Shown here: positions 20,210 through 28,949 of the stretch, piece by piece
Position numbering within the stretch: the first letter of the stretch is position 1
Layout: every line of letters begins with the position of its first letter
DNA from: a virus
Taxonomy: Duplodnaviria; Caudoviricetes
Reading direction: 5' to 3' (one strand)
IMG/VR virus record: IMGVR_UViG_3300035388_000078
Location: 1-59,088 of that record
DNA length: 59,088 bases
Position numbers and translations under genes: made by a program
Notes under the pieces: generated by a model
The model's database searches: none
What the model saw: the letters and a program-made list of their open reading frames with translations, nothing else
What the model was told of the DNA's origin: nothing

Positions 20210-21634
20210 TTAATTCTCTTCTGGAATATTAATCACTTCTTCATCTTCGGTTATTTTGTACTCAGTAACCCTCGGCGTTACTCCTGCAGCCCACCAGTCG
20301 GTATTACCACCAATAGTGCAAGCCCCCGGGTAATCCCCACCAGTGTTCCAAACGACAAATACGCCCCCTTTCGTGGCAATAGCATCGGTTGCAGTATCAT
20401 TTCTACAAACGTCCGGGCTGATTTCCAAATAATGAATATTCTCTGTTTTGTAATCTTCATCATCCTCTGTGATTTCAACGACCTTGATACTTTCAAGTTC
20501 GTCCTCGCTTGCTTCGTTCACATCAAAGGCCGCTGCATTTTGTATCACCATGGATGAAATTACGGCCACATACCCAGATTCTAAATTAGGTTCGGATAGA
20601 GGAGGATGCCTGAACTCCCCCCCACCGACATACAAATTACCAATATCATCAAAGCCTAAAGTGGCAACGCTAAGGACTGAATCAGCTATTACACGCTTGA
20701 TGTCTGTATAATTCATATACGAAGTTGGGAAACAACCACCCTCAAACCATTCGCTTTCTTTTAAAAGTTTAATTTCGCCGGTATTCTCTCCATCCCCAAT
20801 ACCGAATACCAAATTATTGTTGGCATCCACGGCAATGGATGAAGATCCTCCGGGAATAGGATAGCAAAGGCCCTGAGAAAAAGAAGACGCATTTGTCACA
20901 TCCAAAAATGTAACACCGCTCACAGCACTTTCGCCTTGAACCACCCACTGGCCGCCGTTAATCACCAGATGGGTTTCTCCCACCCATACTGCATCATAAT
21001 GGATTTCCTGATATACCTTAACATCAGGATTAGGGTTAATGTTAAGATCTGTCGGTATGGCCGAATTGAGAATACTGGTGTCAAAGACCAGGAGGTTCTG
21101 ATTCCAGCCAAGGCCCAGTGCAATCTGGGACCCTGAAGGAGAAATCCTTACAAAAGCGGGATCCATATTGTTTTCAACCTTTGCCACCTTTGTCCAAGTG
21201 GAACCGCCGATAGTGTCCTGGATATAAAGATCCTCTCCAGTGGCTGCCAGCATCTTGCCTTTATTGGGTCCGGCCCTGAAACAATCCAAAGCCGTAAAAT
21301 AAGAACCGTCAGACATCGGTGCATTAAAAGAATCAAGCCTTTCCGCTTCAAGGGCAAACCTCTCCTTACATTCTCTCTCTTTTTTTTCTTTTTCTATGGG
21401 CACAATTAAAGGTACCGGAGTAAAGATATCAACCCGGGAGATACCATGGCAAACAGTACACTCAATCACCACACCTGCCTGCCGGTCGGTAACTCTACGT
21501 CTGCTTATATCAAGACACCTTAAACGCATCTCAGATCGAAGGATTTCCAGTTGGCTCAATGCCACCCCTCGCAATTCATGACAATGCATACGATCACCAT
21601 GGTATGAAACCATTGCAGGCATATGTTGGTACAT
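20210..21634 (-). CDS. Phage protein with probable beta-propeller (possible receptor-binding or tail protein)
   Basis: Start reassigned to MYQH, next to the upstream stop; repeated strand motifs (ISPSGSQIA, IAVDANNNL, LGFDDIGNLYV). Confidence 0.5.
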   Translation of the reverse strand: MYQHMPAMVSYHGDRMHCHELRGVALSQLEILRSEMRLRCLDISRRRVTDRQAGVVIECTVCHGISRVDIFTPVPLIVPIEKEKKERECKERFALEAERLDSFNAPMSDGSYFTALDCFRAGPNKGKMLAATGEDLYIQDTIGGSTWTKVAKVENNMDPAFVRISPSGSQIALGLGWNQNLLVFDTSILNSAIPTDLNINPNPDVKVYQEIHYDAVWVGETHLVINGGQWVVQGESAVSGVTFLDVTNASSFSQGLCYPIPGGSSSIAVDANNNLVFGIGDGENTGEIKLLKESEWFEGGCFPTSYMNYTDIKRVIADSVLSVATLGFDDIGNLYVGGGEFRHPPLSEPNLESGYVAVISSMVIQNAAAFDVNEASEDELESIKVVEITEDDEDYKTENIHYLEISPDVCRNDTATDAIATKGGVFVVWNTGGDYPGACTIGGNTDWWAAGVTPRVTEYKITEDEEVINIPEEN

Positions 21635-21635
21635 T

Positions 21636-22085
21636 TCACCTGACAATTGGGAGGGCCTTGATATAATCAATAGAGAAATCAGAGCCACTATCCCCATTGC
21701 CAATCTGTATAGTCCAATACGTTCCATAAACACTCCTGGGAGAAGAAACCCTTACCTCAGTTTGTCCTACCTGTTTAAAGGGAATATCTATGACTGCTGT
21801 TTGCCCTTCTTCAGTAGAAACAGTCATTTTCAACGGACCCGTGGTTTCCAACCCGATATAAAAAAAACGGATTCGCTTTTTTCTATGAGTTCCAAGATCC
21901 ATGGAGTTGAGTTCAAAGAAGGCTGATACTACGACGCCATCATCCTGCTGTCCTTTATAAGAGAAAAGCCCGGAATCATTTGCTATCAAAAATCCATCGC
22001 CAAACTTGACCATTGAATCGGCGTCAATTCCTATAAATTGCGTTGTCGCAGCCTTAACATTCAAGCTTGTATCAAGCATCAACAT
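21636..22085 (-). CDS. Phage tail-region structural protein
   Basis: Beta-rich 149-aa ORF translationally coupled in the structural operon. Confidence 0.55.
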   Translation of the reverse strand: MLMLDTSLNVKAATTQFIGIDADSMVKFGDGFLIANDSGLFSYKGQQDDGVVVSAFFELNSMDLGTHRKKRIRFFYIGLETTGPLKMTVSTEEGQTAVIDIPFKQVGQTEVRVSSPRSVYGTYWTIQIGNGDSGSDFSIDYIKALPIVR

Positions 22086-22777
22086 TATTGCACCCTCTGT
22101 GAATCGTATCTTAAAACACCGGTTGAAAAATTATTAACTTCCATATAAGGCGCCAAAACCGGGAGGATTATATTTAATGAAGCCTCCGGGACAATATTGG
22201 CAATCATTTCCACATCCGGTATAGAAATCCATGGAATGTCAAGAAATGCCATTTTTCCCGGAATAACCAAGGCGGAAAACTCAAACGACGGTATATCGGG
22301 CTCTATTGTAACCAAAGCTCCGGGATGAGCCCGGATAAGAATCCCTGGGGCCTGCATATTAATAGAAATAATGCCGGATTGAACCATTGAAGATGCCATA
22401 ACAATGTCTGGCGGTGAAAAAGAAATTTCAAGAAAAACAGAATTCTCAGAATTGGCAATGATCTCGACACAAATTTCCGGAATCCCGACATCAATATTCC
22501 CACTTGTAAAAATTTCGGGCTCCTGCAGAGAGACCGAGGCCTCCATGGCACATGAAATACCAGTCAGGACTTTCGCGACAATATCGGGTGTCTCAATTAG
22601 GACCTCTATTGATGCCCCGGCGAATATTTCAATACCAGGTGTATCAATGGAAGCTGTAATTATTTGCCCAGGAAAGATTTCAATTTCAGGATTATCTATT
22701 GAAATTGAAATCTCTGACCCGGTATAAAACTGAACAGGATCGAGTTCAGGAGCATTAACTTGTATAATGTTTGCCAC
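22085..22777 (-). CDS. Acidic Ile/Pro-repetitive structural protein
   Basis: Repeated I-x-I-x-x-P-x-I-x-I units; coupled to neighbours. Confidence 0.5.
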   Translation of the reverse strand: MANIIQVNAPELDPVQFYTGSEISISIDNPEIEIFPGQIITASIDTPGIEIFAGASIEVLIETPDIVAKVLTGISCAMEASVSLQEPEIFTSGNIDVGIPEICVEIIANSENSVFLEISFSPPDIVMASSMVQSGIISINMQAPGILIRAHPGALVTIEPDIPSFEFSALVIPGKMAFLDIPWISIPDVEMIANIVPEASLNIILPVLAPYMEVNNFSTGVLRYDSQRVQ

Positions 22778-22791
22778 GGAGACCTACCCCT

Positions 22792-23247
22792 TTACGCTGC
22801 AATCGGCATGGGAATATTTACAGTATCAATTGTAGTTGTGGCTCCTGTAACAATAGAAGTGTTACTCATATTGATTTGCGCTCCAGATGTGCCAACTGAC
22901 AAATCCCACCTGATTGCCGTTGTGCTGCTCCCTGTAATTTTTGTATTACCGTAAATTCTTGCCCAGCCGGCAACCCCGTCCACAAGCCCCACCCCTGACC
23001 ATACCTCCCCGGCTTTTTTATGTAATACCTGGCTTGCTTCAGCTCCGAATTCAAGCCCGTTTGTCGGGCTACCGGAAGTGAATGCCCCGGAATTAAGGGT
23101 AATGGATAAAAGTTTCTGACCGGTTTCTGCAACATCAGATGATGGCGGCTGGGAACCCGTATAGAAATCAATGGTAAAATCTGTGAAAACCTCTGCAATC
23201 TTGCTTAAAATTGCACTTCTTGCTGCACTTGAAAGTCTTGATGTCAT
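22792..23247 (-). CDS. Phage tail-associated structural protein
   Basis: IDFYTGSQP..D...G..L and G.AGWARI...D.SVGTSGA pattern, typical of a small phage structural family. Confidence 0.6.
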   Translation of the reverse strand: MTSRLSSAARSAILSKIAEVFTDFTIDFYTGSQPPSSDVAETGQKLLSITLNSGAFTSGSPTNGLEFGAEASQVLHKKAGEVWSGVGLVDGVAGWARIYGNTKITGSSTTAIRWDLSVGTSGAQINMSNTSIVTGATTTIDTVNIPMPIAA

Positions 23248-23248
23248 A

Positions 23249-24154
23249 TTATTTTGCTCCGTGAATAAAGTGATATCCCATCAAACATCCGAATCCGGTT
23301 CGAACATTTTCAGGGTAAATAATTTTGTCTTTATTTAGATTTTTGACAAATCCCTCTGGTGAACCTACAATAGCCCCCTCTGGAGAGGCCCATAAAACCC
23401 CAAGCCCCCCTGACTTAAACCCAATTTCTGCTAAAGGCACTCTTTGAATAGCGTCTGACCACTCAACTGCCGGGAAGTTCGCAACCGTACGTTTCTGAAA
23501 TTCCATGGGCTTATTGCCGGCAAGGAAATAAGTATTTTTCTCGGTTGAAACAAAAAGCCCTGTATCCACAGACCGGACCATCCGAATTTTGGTATGGAAC
23601 TGGACGCCAGATTCACCCAAGTTGAACAGCCCGAATTGAAACATTTCAGACCACCAAAGAACATTTTCCTGGGCAACATACATCCGCCCGGAATGAATCG
23701 TCAGATGACTTCCAACCGGCCTTTTAGAAAAATGACGGGTGGTATCAGGTCCCAAATACTTATTCATTTCCCATAGAGAAACCATGCCATTTTTGACATA
23801 ATCACTTTGGTAACCGTTTGTGAAAAAAGTTTTCTCCCCACTTTGGGCATAAGCTATCCTGGTGCCCTGTAATCCACTGGCGATCTCGGTTAGAGAATAA
23901 TCCGTACCAACTTGATAGAGATGATCATCTCCAGCTACCAGGCATGCGCCACCGTCACAAAATAGGCTGTGAAAGCTTCCTGTTTGAAGTTTCTCTATTC
24001 CCCTGCGCATGGATACCCGGCCGGACCGATCAATGGAAACATTTACGGCAGCCGTCAGATCACAAAGTCCATTCCTCTGAAACTTGGCCCGATAAGACGT
24101 ATCAACGGTATTCAGGCCGAGTGCCCCGGAAAAAATGGTAATCGGCTTACTCAC
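23249..24154 (-). CDS. Podovirus-like tail nozzle/hub protein
   Basis: GTG start with GGAG RBS; FSGALGLN..NVSID..G...RRG N-terminus; follows the adaptor gene. Confidence 0.55.
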   Translation of the reverse strand: MSKPITIFSGALGLNTVDTSYRAKFQRNGLCDLTAAVNVSIDRSGRVSMRRGIEKLQTGSFHSLFCDGGACLVAGDDHLYQVGTDYSLTEIASGLQGTRIAYAQSGEKTFFTNGYQSDYVKNGMVSLWEMNKYLGPDTTRHFSKRPVGSHLTIHSGRMYVAQENVLWWSEMFQFGLFNLGESGVQFHTKIRMVRSVDTGLFVSTEKNTYFLAGNKPMEFQKRTVANFPAVEWSDAIQRVPLAEIGFKSGGLGVLWASPEGAIVGSPEGFVKNLNKDKIIYPENVRTGFGCLMGYHFIHGAK

Positions 24155-24812
24155 AGTAAGAATCTCCTGAATCAGGGATATTATAACCGCCTTCATCCCT
24201 GCCGATATGAAGTTCAAAAGTTTCAAGGGCCAGGTCAACCATATCGGCGTAATACCCTGTATTGGCTTTCCTGCCTTCCATGCCATCCTCAATTAAACTA
24301 TAAATACCCCGGCAAACCTCCCCACAAATCAACTTTTCATGGAGGGTATCAGGGATACAATCAGGGGTGTCATCATTGGCGGTCAAAACCGCAGGTTTGG
24401 CATAATAGAAGACGGTCATTCCCGTTACCGTCCCCGGGACATCCCCATAAGCAATCTTTGACCCAGATTGACAGACACCCACAACCGGCCCTGTCTCCTG
24501 AACCGGGAATTTATCCCGAAACAAAGGCAGGGAATTGTATATGGTCACGGGATCACCTTCGACCAAAACCTTTTTCACATCCCGGCAAAAATCATCCGGC
24601 AAATTGGCACGATTCATGCCTGACACGGTTTGCACAGTATTTGACTTATACAAATCCGGTAAAGGTGGGCTTAGTTGGAATTGCCCCCTGCGCTTCATAC
24701 CTTTTGCAATTTTCTGAACAGCCGAATTAATCCTGGCTTTGATATCCGCAACGGAGAAAGATGTATCCTGAATTACGGCGGTTATGAATATTTGCATTTC
24801 CTGGAAGGTCAT
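24147..24812 (-). CDS. Head-tail adaptor protein
   Basis: MTFQEM...LPDDF...YYAKP..L....DTP..IP..LH pattern; downstream of capsid genes. Confidence 0.65.
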   Translation of the reverse strand: MTFQEMQIFITAVIQDTSFSVADIKARINSAVQKIAKGMKRRGQFQLSPPLPDLYKSNTVQTVSGMNRANLPDDFCRDVKKVLVEGDPVTIYNSLPLFRDKFPVQETGPVVGVCQSGSKIAYGDVPGTVTGMTVFYYAKPAVLTANDDTPDCIPDTLHEKLICGEVCRGIYSLIEDGMEGRKANTGYYADMVDLALETFELHIGRDEGGYNIPDSGDSYCE

Positions 24813-24828
24813 GTTTTATTCTCTTTTA

Positions 24829-24865
24829 AAAAAATGGAGGGGAAAAGTAGCCTCCCCCCCCCCCA
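24829..24865 (-). terminator. Possible intrinsic terminator
   Basis: G-rich arm pairing with CCCCTCC, followed by a T-run on the minus strand, after the decoration gene. Confidence 0.4.
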
Positions 24866-24872
24866 TTATTGG

Positions 24873-25226
24873 TTATTCTTCATGCACCGTGCAGGTCGGG
24901 TCAAGTTCAAAGGACACATTATAGGTGGCCGCTGCCGCTGCCGACGTGGTAAATTCAAGAATGTCACCTTTGGACAGCACCTTGTTACCATTGGTGGCAT
25001 CCTTGGCAAAGGTGGCCTTGGCTCCGGCCGCAATGCCAGAGCCGAAAGTCAAGGTTGCAATAGTATCGGCACCATTTACAATGTAAATTTCCTCGGCATC
25101 CCCAGGATCTCCGTTAACGATTGCATCTGCATTCCTCACAACACAGTCATACGGTACTATAAATCTTTCCGTGGTTGCACTTCCAGCAAAGGCCCCTTGG
25201 ATAGTGAACAAATTACTTTGAAACAT
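24873..25226 (-). CDS. Probable capsid decoration/cement protein
   Basis: A/T/G-rich 117-aa ORF after the capsid gene, GGAG RBS before MFQS. Confidence 0.55.
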   Translation of the reverse strand: MFQSNLFTIQGAFAGSATTERFIVPYDCVVRNADAIVNGDPGDAEEIYIVNGADTIATLTFGSGIAAGAKATFAKDATNGNKVLSKGDILEFTTSAAAAATYNVSFELDPTCTVHEE

Positions 25227-25256
25227 ATTAAAAGCTCCTGTTGAATATTTTGATTT

Positions 25257-25285
25257 AAAAGGGCCGTGAACCATTCACGACCCTT
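25257..25285 (-). terminator. Hairpin/terminator after the major capsid gene
   Basis: AAGGGTCGTGAA-TGG-TTCACGGCCCTT then TT. Confidence 0.55.
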
Positions 25286-25296
25286 CATTAAAAAGG

Positions 25297-26268
25297 TTAA
25301 GCAGCCTCGGTCAGTCCTGTATGTCTGCAATGAGACTTACGATGATTGGTAACCAACTGGCCGATATACCTCTGATTGGCCAGAAGACTATCCGGTTTAT
25401 CTGTGGACAGTTTTTCCCACACAGGCCGGGTAAAGGCATAGTCTTTGTGGGTTTTCATATCCATATGGTTCAGGTTCAGGCCATCGCAAGTTCCATCGCT
25501 CTGCTTGTCATCCGCCACAATGGGCACTTTACCGAACAGGATGGTATCAAACCCAGCGTTTGCCAGATCCTTATCTTCATAACGAACCTGAGCCTGCAAT
25601 GTCCTTTCAAAAGAATCCTTTAAGACATCCGTGGTGATATACAGATTGGGTTTTGCTTCCCGTGCTTGACCAACAGCAGCGGCCCTTCGGATTTTCTGCA
25701 TGGTCTTATAATTCATGTTCTCAGCAGTAGTAATGACATTGGCTTTCCAATTGGCCATATCGTTTTCCTTGATACCACCGTATGCGATTGCCTTGTCTAC
25801 ATTAAACAAATCCCCCAGGCCCAAGAAATCAATATTGGAAGCGGCACTGGCATAAACATTGGTACCCATTTTATCCCTGAGTGTTTTCTGAATATTCATC
25901 AACTTGGCCTGTGCCAAATTAACAACCATTTCAGTTCCAGTATTCTGAACCTTGTCATCCAAGTCAATAAGGTTGGCAGCCACATAACCGGCCCATCTGA
26001 AACGGGCAGCCTGGATAATTCTCTTTTTGGAAACGGGAATAGTGGATGACGGGCCATATGCGGACACATTGGAACCTGCATACTCAAGGAATACCTTGAT
26101 CCGTTTACCACCATCCACCAGTTCCCCGGCTGTTACCAAGGTATCCTGGAATTTAGTGCCGTTCATAAGCATGAACAGCAGAACATTATCCATGAAGAAA
26201 ACGTCTACCGGAGTTTTCTCGGTAAAGTCATCGGTCGCTACCTGTAATTCTGTCGCATCAAAAGTCAT
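25297..26268 (-). CDS. Major capsid protein
   Basis: 323 aa after the scaffold; GG.RI, F.GL..L, AGF..I.F...PIVAD pattern of HK97-fold capsids. Confidence 0.85.
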   Translation of the reverse strand: MTFDATELQVATDDFTEKTPVDVFFMDNVLLFMLMNGTKFQDTLVTAGELVDGGKRIKVFLEYAGSNVSAYGPSSTIPVSKKRIIQAARFRWAGYVAANLIDLDDKVQNTGTEMVVNLAQAKLMNIQKTLRDKMGTNVYASAASNIDFLGLGDLFNVDKAIAYGGIKENDMANWKANVITTAENMNYKTMQKIRRAAAVGQAREAKPNLYITTDVLKDSFERTLQAQVRYEDKDLANAGFDTILFGKVPIVADDKQSDGTCDGLNLNHMDMKTHKDYAFTRPVWEKLSTDKPDSLLANQRYIGQLVTNHRKSHCRHTGLTEAA

Positions 26269-26301
26269 AACGTAGATCTCCTAAATTTATTTAACCCCAT
26301 G

Positions 26302-27036
26302 CTATCCAACTTTAGCGCTTTGAACAGCTTGGAGCATACTTTGTCTCATTTGTGATTTAGACAAGGGCTGGCCAGTATTTTGGCTTCCTTCTCCAATATC
26401 CTGTTCAGACCCGGATCCGGGCTTCGAAATTACCTTTCTAGTGTTCTTGTCTCCATCGGCAATTTTTGCCGCTTCAGCTTTCCCGGCATCAATACCTTCA
26501 AGCCGTGCCGCTTCAACGGCCTGGCTGTTTTGATTGGCCTTGTGTGCATAATAAGCGGAGAAGTCATCATGCAGACCTGGTAAAGTCTTTCCAACAGCTT
26601 TAAGTGTTCCGTTTTTCTGCAACTCCTTAAAGTCTGGGTTGTCCTTGTAAAACTGGTTCTGGGATGTAGTTAGTGTCTGTTTCTCCTGGTCCTTCGCAAT
26701 TCGATCCATGGTTTTATTGGATGCCAATTCCGCAGTAAGGGAACTGGTTTGCATTAGGGCCTCGTCGATACTCAAATCACCAGTTCTTACCTGTTCAGCG
26801 ATAGACGAAATTTCTTTGTCATAGTCGGTTTCCGGCTCATCTTTCGGCGCTTCTTGGGCCTGGCCGTCAAGCTTTCCCATGAGCATTTCATTCATTTTCC
26901 GGGTGTCTCCCAGTTCTTTGCCCTGTTCCCCAAGTTTTATTTCAAGTTCTCCATAGGCTTTCTGGTAATCAATCCCGCCGTCTCCGTCTCCGTTTCCGTC
27001 TTCATTCGCATTCACATTTACATCGTTTCTATCCAT
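26302..27036 (-). CDS. Capsid scaffolding protein
   Basis: Acidic helical protein with KAYGELEIKLGEQGKELG and F...NPDF motifs, directly upstream of the capsid gene. Confidence 0.75.
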   Translation of the reverse strand: MDRNDVNVNANEDGNGDGDGGIDYQKAYGELEIKLGEQGKELGDTRKMNEMLMGKLDGQAQEAPKDEPETDYDKEISSIAEQVRTGDLSIDEALMQTSSLTAELASNKTMDRIAKDQEKQTLTTSQNQFYKDNPDFKELQKNGTLKAVGKTLPGLHDDFSAYYAHKANQNSQAVEAARLEGIDAGKAEAAKIADGDKNTRKVISKPGSGSEQDIGEGSQNTGQPLSKSQMRQSMLQAVQSAKVG

Positions 27037-27051
27037 TTTCTTTCTCCTCTT

Positions 27052-27149
27052 GCGGACCCTCTTCAGGACTCCCCGCTTTGATATTGCGGACCCTCTTCAG
27101 GGTTACCCGCTTTTAATGATTTTCACGGACCAATTGCAGTGCTACCCGT
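27052..27149 (-). promoter_or_regulatory. Three tandem 25-nt bulged hairpins in the scaffold gene leader
   Basis: 27125-27149, 27086-27110 and 27052-27076: RCGG-GNA-5 nt-tetraloop-5 nt-CCGY; the last one abuts the GAGGAG RBS. Confidence 0.65.
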
Positions 27150-27162
27150 ATTGTTCTGCAAC

Positions 27163-27444
27163 TTAATTTTTGGGCTGCAGGCTATTCTTTTCTAAAACTC
27201 TTTTTAATTCTGCCCGGGTTTCGATAGGCTTTTCCGGGATATCACTGTCTTGCAACTGTGCTCGGACCGAATTATCTATCCATACTGGGGTATCCGTCTG
27301 AATACCACCATGCCCAGGTTTCAATATCTTTTTAGACTTCCCGTTACAATTCGGACACAGCGGCGCTACTTTCCATTTCTTCATAGGGAAGAGCAATTCA
27401 AATTCAGCCCCACAATCAAGACATTCATAATCATAAAGAGGCAT
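27163..27444 (-). CDS. FmdB-type zinc ribbon protein
   Basis: MPLYDYECLDCG...CPNC motif. Confidence 0.8.
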   Translation of the reverse strand: MPLYDYECLDCGAEFELLFPMKKWKVAPLCPNCNGKSKKILKPGHGGIQTDTPVWIDNSVRAQLQDSDIPEKPIETRAELKRVLEKNSLQPKN

Positions 27445-27446
27445 CT

Positions 27447-28304
27447 CTATTTCTCCGCATTCAACAATTCTGCGTGTGCCATACCGGTTGACATCGAGAC
27501 GATATCACTCAAAGAAGGAGTATTATCTAATTCAAAAAAGTTTTCTTCCGTAATCGTTCCATGCTCCTCACAAAATCCAATCCCGCCTTGTTCTTTTAAT
27601 GGTACGGGCTCTTTGCCTTCCGCCCGACAACGAGGGCAATACATAGCATTCACATCCTGGCTGACATCATCCTGATTATCTTCTTCTTCCAGGGAGACAA
27701 TGTCCTGGGCGGAAAGCTCGGGTTCTGATTCGGTCTTAATATCTGGAACAACTTTCCTTGACACAGCAGGAACCGGTTCCATTTTGCCCTCAACCCCAGT
27801 ATTGATCCGGACCTGTGTTCGGGCATCTTGCCAAGCCAAAGCACCATCAAGGCATTTAATGGTCTGGACATTTTCTTCACACGGGAAAACATTATTAAGG
27901 GATTGAATCAGGTGCCGGCTGTATTCAATTATATCCTGGGCCTGACAGCCATTTACCCCAACCTCACTTACTGGATCAGACTGAATGATAAAACACACGA
28001 CTGGAGTAACCCCGGGGATTTCTTCCTTATTCTCAATGTGGATAAACGGTATTGATTTCGGGTTCATGCAAGCAAGGGCCTTAACGACATGACGCTGTTC
28101 CTTTGGCGTGGGAATGATTCTGCTACACCAGTCCTGCCATTGGATTGAAGGGTTGGCCACATCAATATTCTGAGACATCATAAAAGCAGAAATCATCTGC
28201 CCCGCCTCCATTGTGGGCAAGTTGGATTTTTCATGGTCAGAAAGAAAGGCCATGAATGAACACAGAGCTCCAGACACCACATGATTTAGTTTTTCCTGGC
28301 TCAT
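27447..28304 (-). CDS. Multidomain protein with a central Tad1-like sponge domain and C-terminal Zn ribbon
   Basis: IQSDPVSEVGVNG..DII...FPCEEN...L..AL.W..RT..R..GVEG; CPRC...CEEH; start MSQEK coupled by TAATG. Confidence 0.65.
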   Translation of the reverse strand: MSQEKLNHVVSGALCSFMAFLSDHEKSNLPTMEAGQMISAFMMSQNIDVANPSIQWQDWCSRIIPTPKEQRHVVKALACMNPKSIPFIHIENKEEIPGVTPVVCFIIQSDPVSEVGVNGCQAQDIIEYSRHLIQSLNNVFPCEENVQTIKCLDGALAWQDARTQVRINTGVEGKMEPVPAVSRKVVPDIKTESEPELSAQDIVSLEEEDNQDDVSQDVNAMYCPRCRAEGKEPVPLKEQGGIGFCEEHGTITEENFFELDNTPSLSDIVSMSTGMAHAELLNAEK

Positions 28305-28462
28305 TATAACGCCGCCCTTACCAAGCAATCCTTGGCCTCTAAAAGTTTGCGTAATCCAGCAGTCTTTTCTGCACTATCCGGAAGGGTATTTTCATATGCA
28401 AAGTGCTTCATGATAGGGGCACACCCTAAATGCTCCTGGTGATAAGGTAATTTTTTTTCCAT
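28304..28462 (-). CDS. Short Acb2/Tad1-hairpin-like protein, possibly internally deleted
   Basis: GGAGGT RBS; FAYE-NTLPDSAEKTAGLRKLLEAKDCLVRA. Confidence 0.5.
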   Translation of the reverse strand: MEKKLPYHQEHLGCAPIMKHFAYENTLPDSAEKTAGLRKLLEAKDCLVRAAL

Positions 28463-28463
28463 A

Positions 28464-28937
28464 TTACTCACCTCCTTTAAAGCCATAAATCCCTGACTGA
28501 AGCAGGAAGCCAAGAAGAAACCATATCTTGTCTTTGATCTTTTCCATGCAGCACTCAGCACCGATCTCTTCAGAATAGTTCTTTGGATCAACACAGGCAC
28601 TGGACTCGGTAATAACGAAGCCATTGACCAGAACACAGGTGACGATAGTGGTTTTGGTTTGGACACCGGGAATATCGGTGGTTGTGGTAAAGACCTTGCC
28701 GATCATGGCTTCAACATCTTTGATATTGATTTTGTTGTCTTCACCAACAATGGCAAGGTTCTGTTTGTCAAATTTTGCTTTAGGGCACCAAGAGACATAA
28801 CCGTCTTTATACACAACCATAGACCCTTCCGTTTCCGGATCTTCATCAGCAGGAATATCCCAGCCACGATATATATTGTATTCACCCAGGGTCATAGGCT
28901 TAGCATCTACCAATTTCACTCCAATAAACTTTTTCAC
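28464..28937 (-). CDS. Two-domain protein: GxKxV..YxDGYxSWxPK domain fused to a Gp49/66 (Acb4-like) domain
   Basis: IGVKLVDAKPM...YKDGYVSWCPK..F followed by TIVTCVLVNGFVITESSACVDPKNYSEEIG...KIW.LLGFLL. Confidence 0.7.
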   Translation of the reverse strand: MKKFIGVKLVDAKPMTLGEYNIYRGWDIPADEDPETEGSMVVYKDGYVSWCPKAKFDKQNLAIVGEDNKINIKDVEAMIGKVFTTTTDIPGVQTKTTIVTCVLVNGFVITESSACVDPKNYSEEIGAECCMEKIKDKIWFLLGFLLQSGIYGFKGGE

Positions 28938-28949
28938 ATTCTTCTCCTT

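Noticed and set aside
23969-24730. 253-aa plus-strand ORF
   Set aside because: Antisense shadow of the adaptor and tail genes
27052-27149. Possible mini-CRISPR or terminators
   Set aside because: Spacers are only 9 and 14 nt, and there are no U-tracts on the coding strand
28463-28666. N-terminal extension of ORF 28304..28666
   Set aside because: Overlaps the Gp49-like gene out of frame; a strong RBS supports the start at 28462
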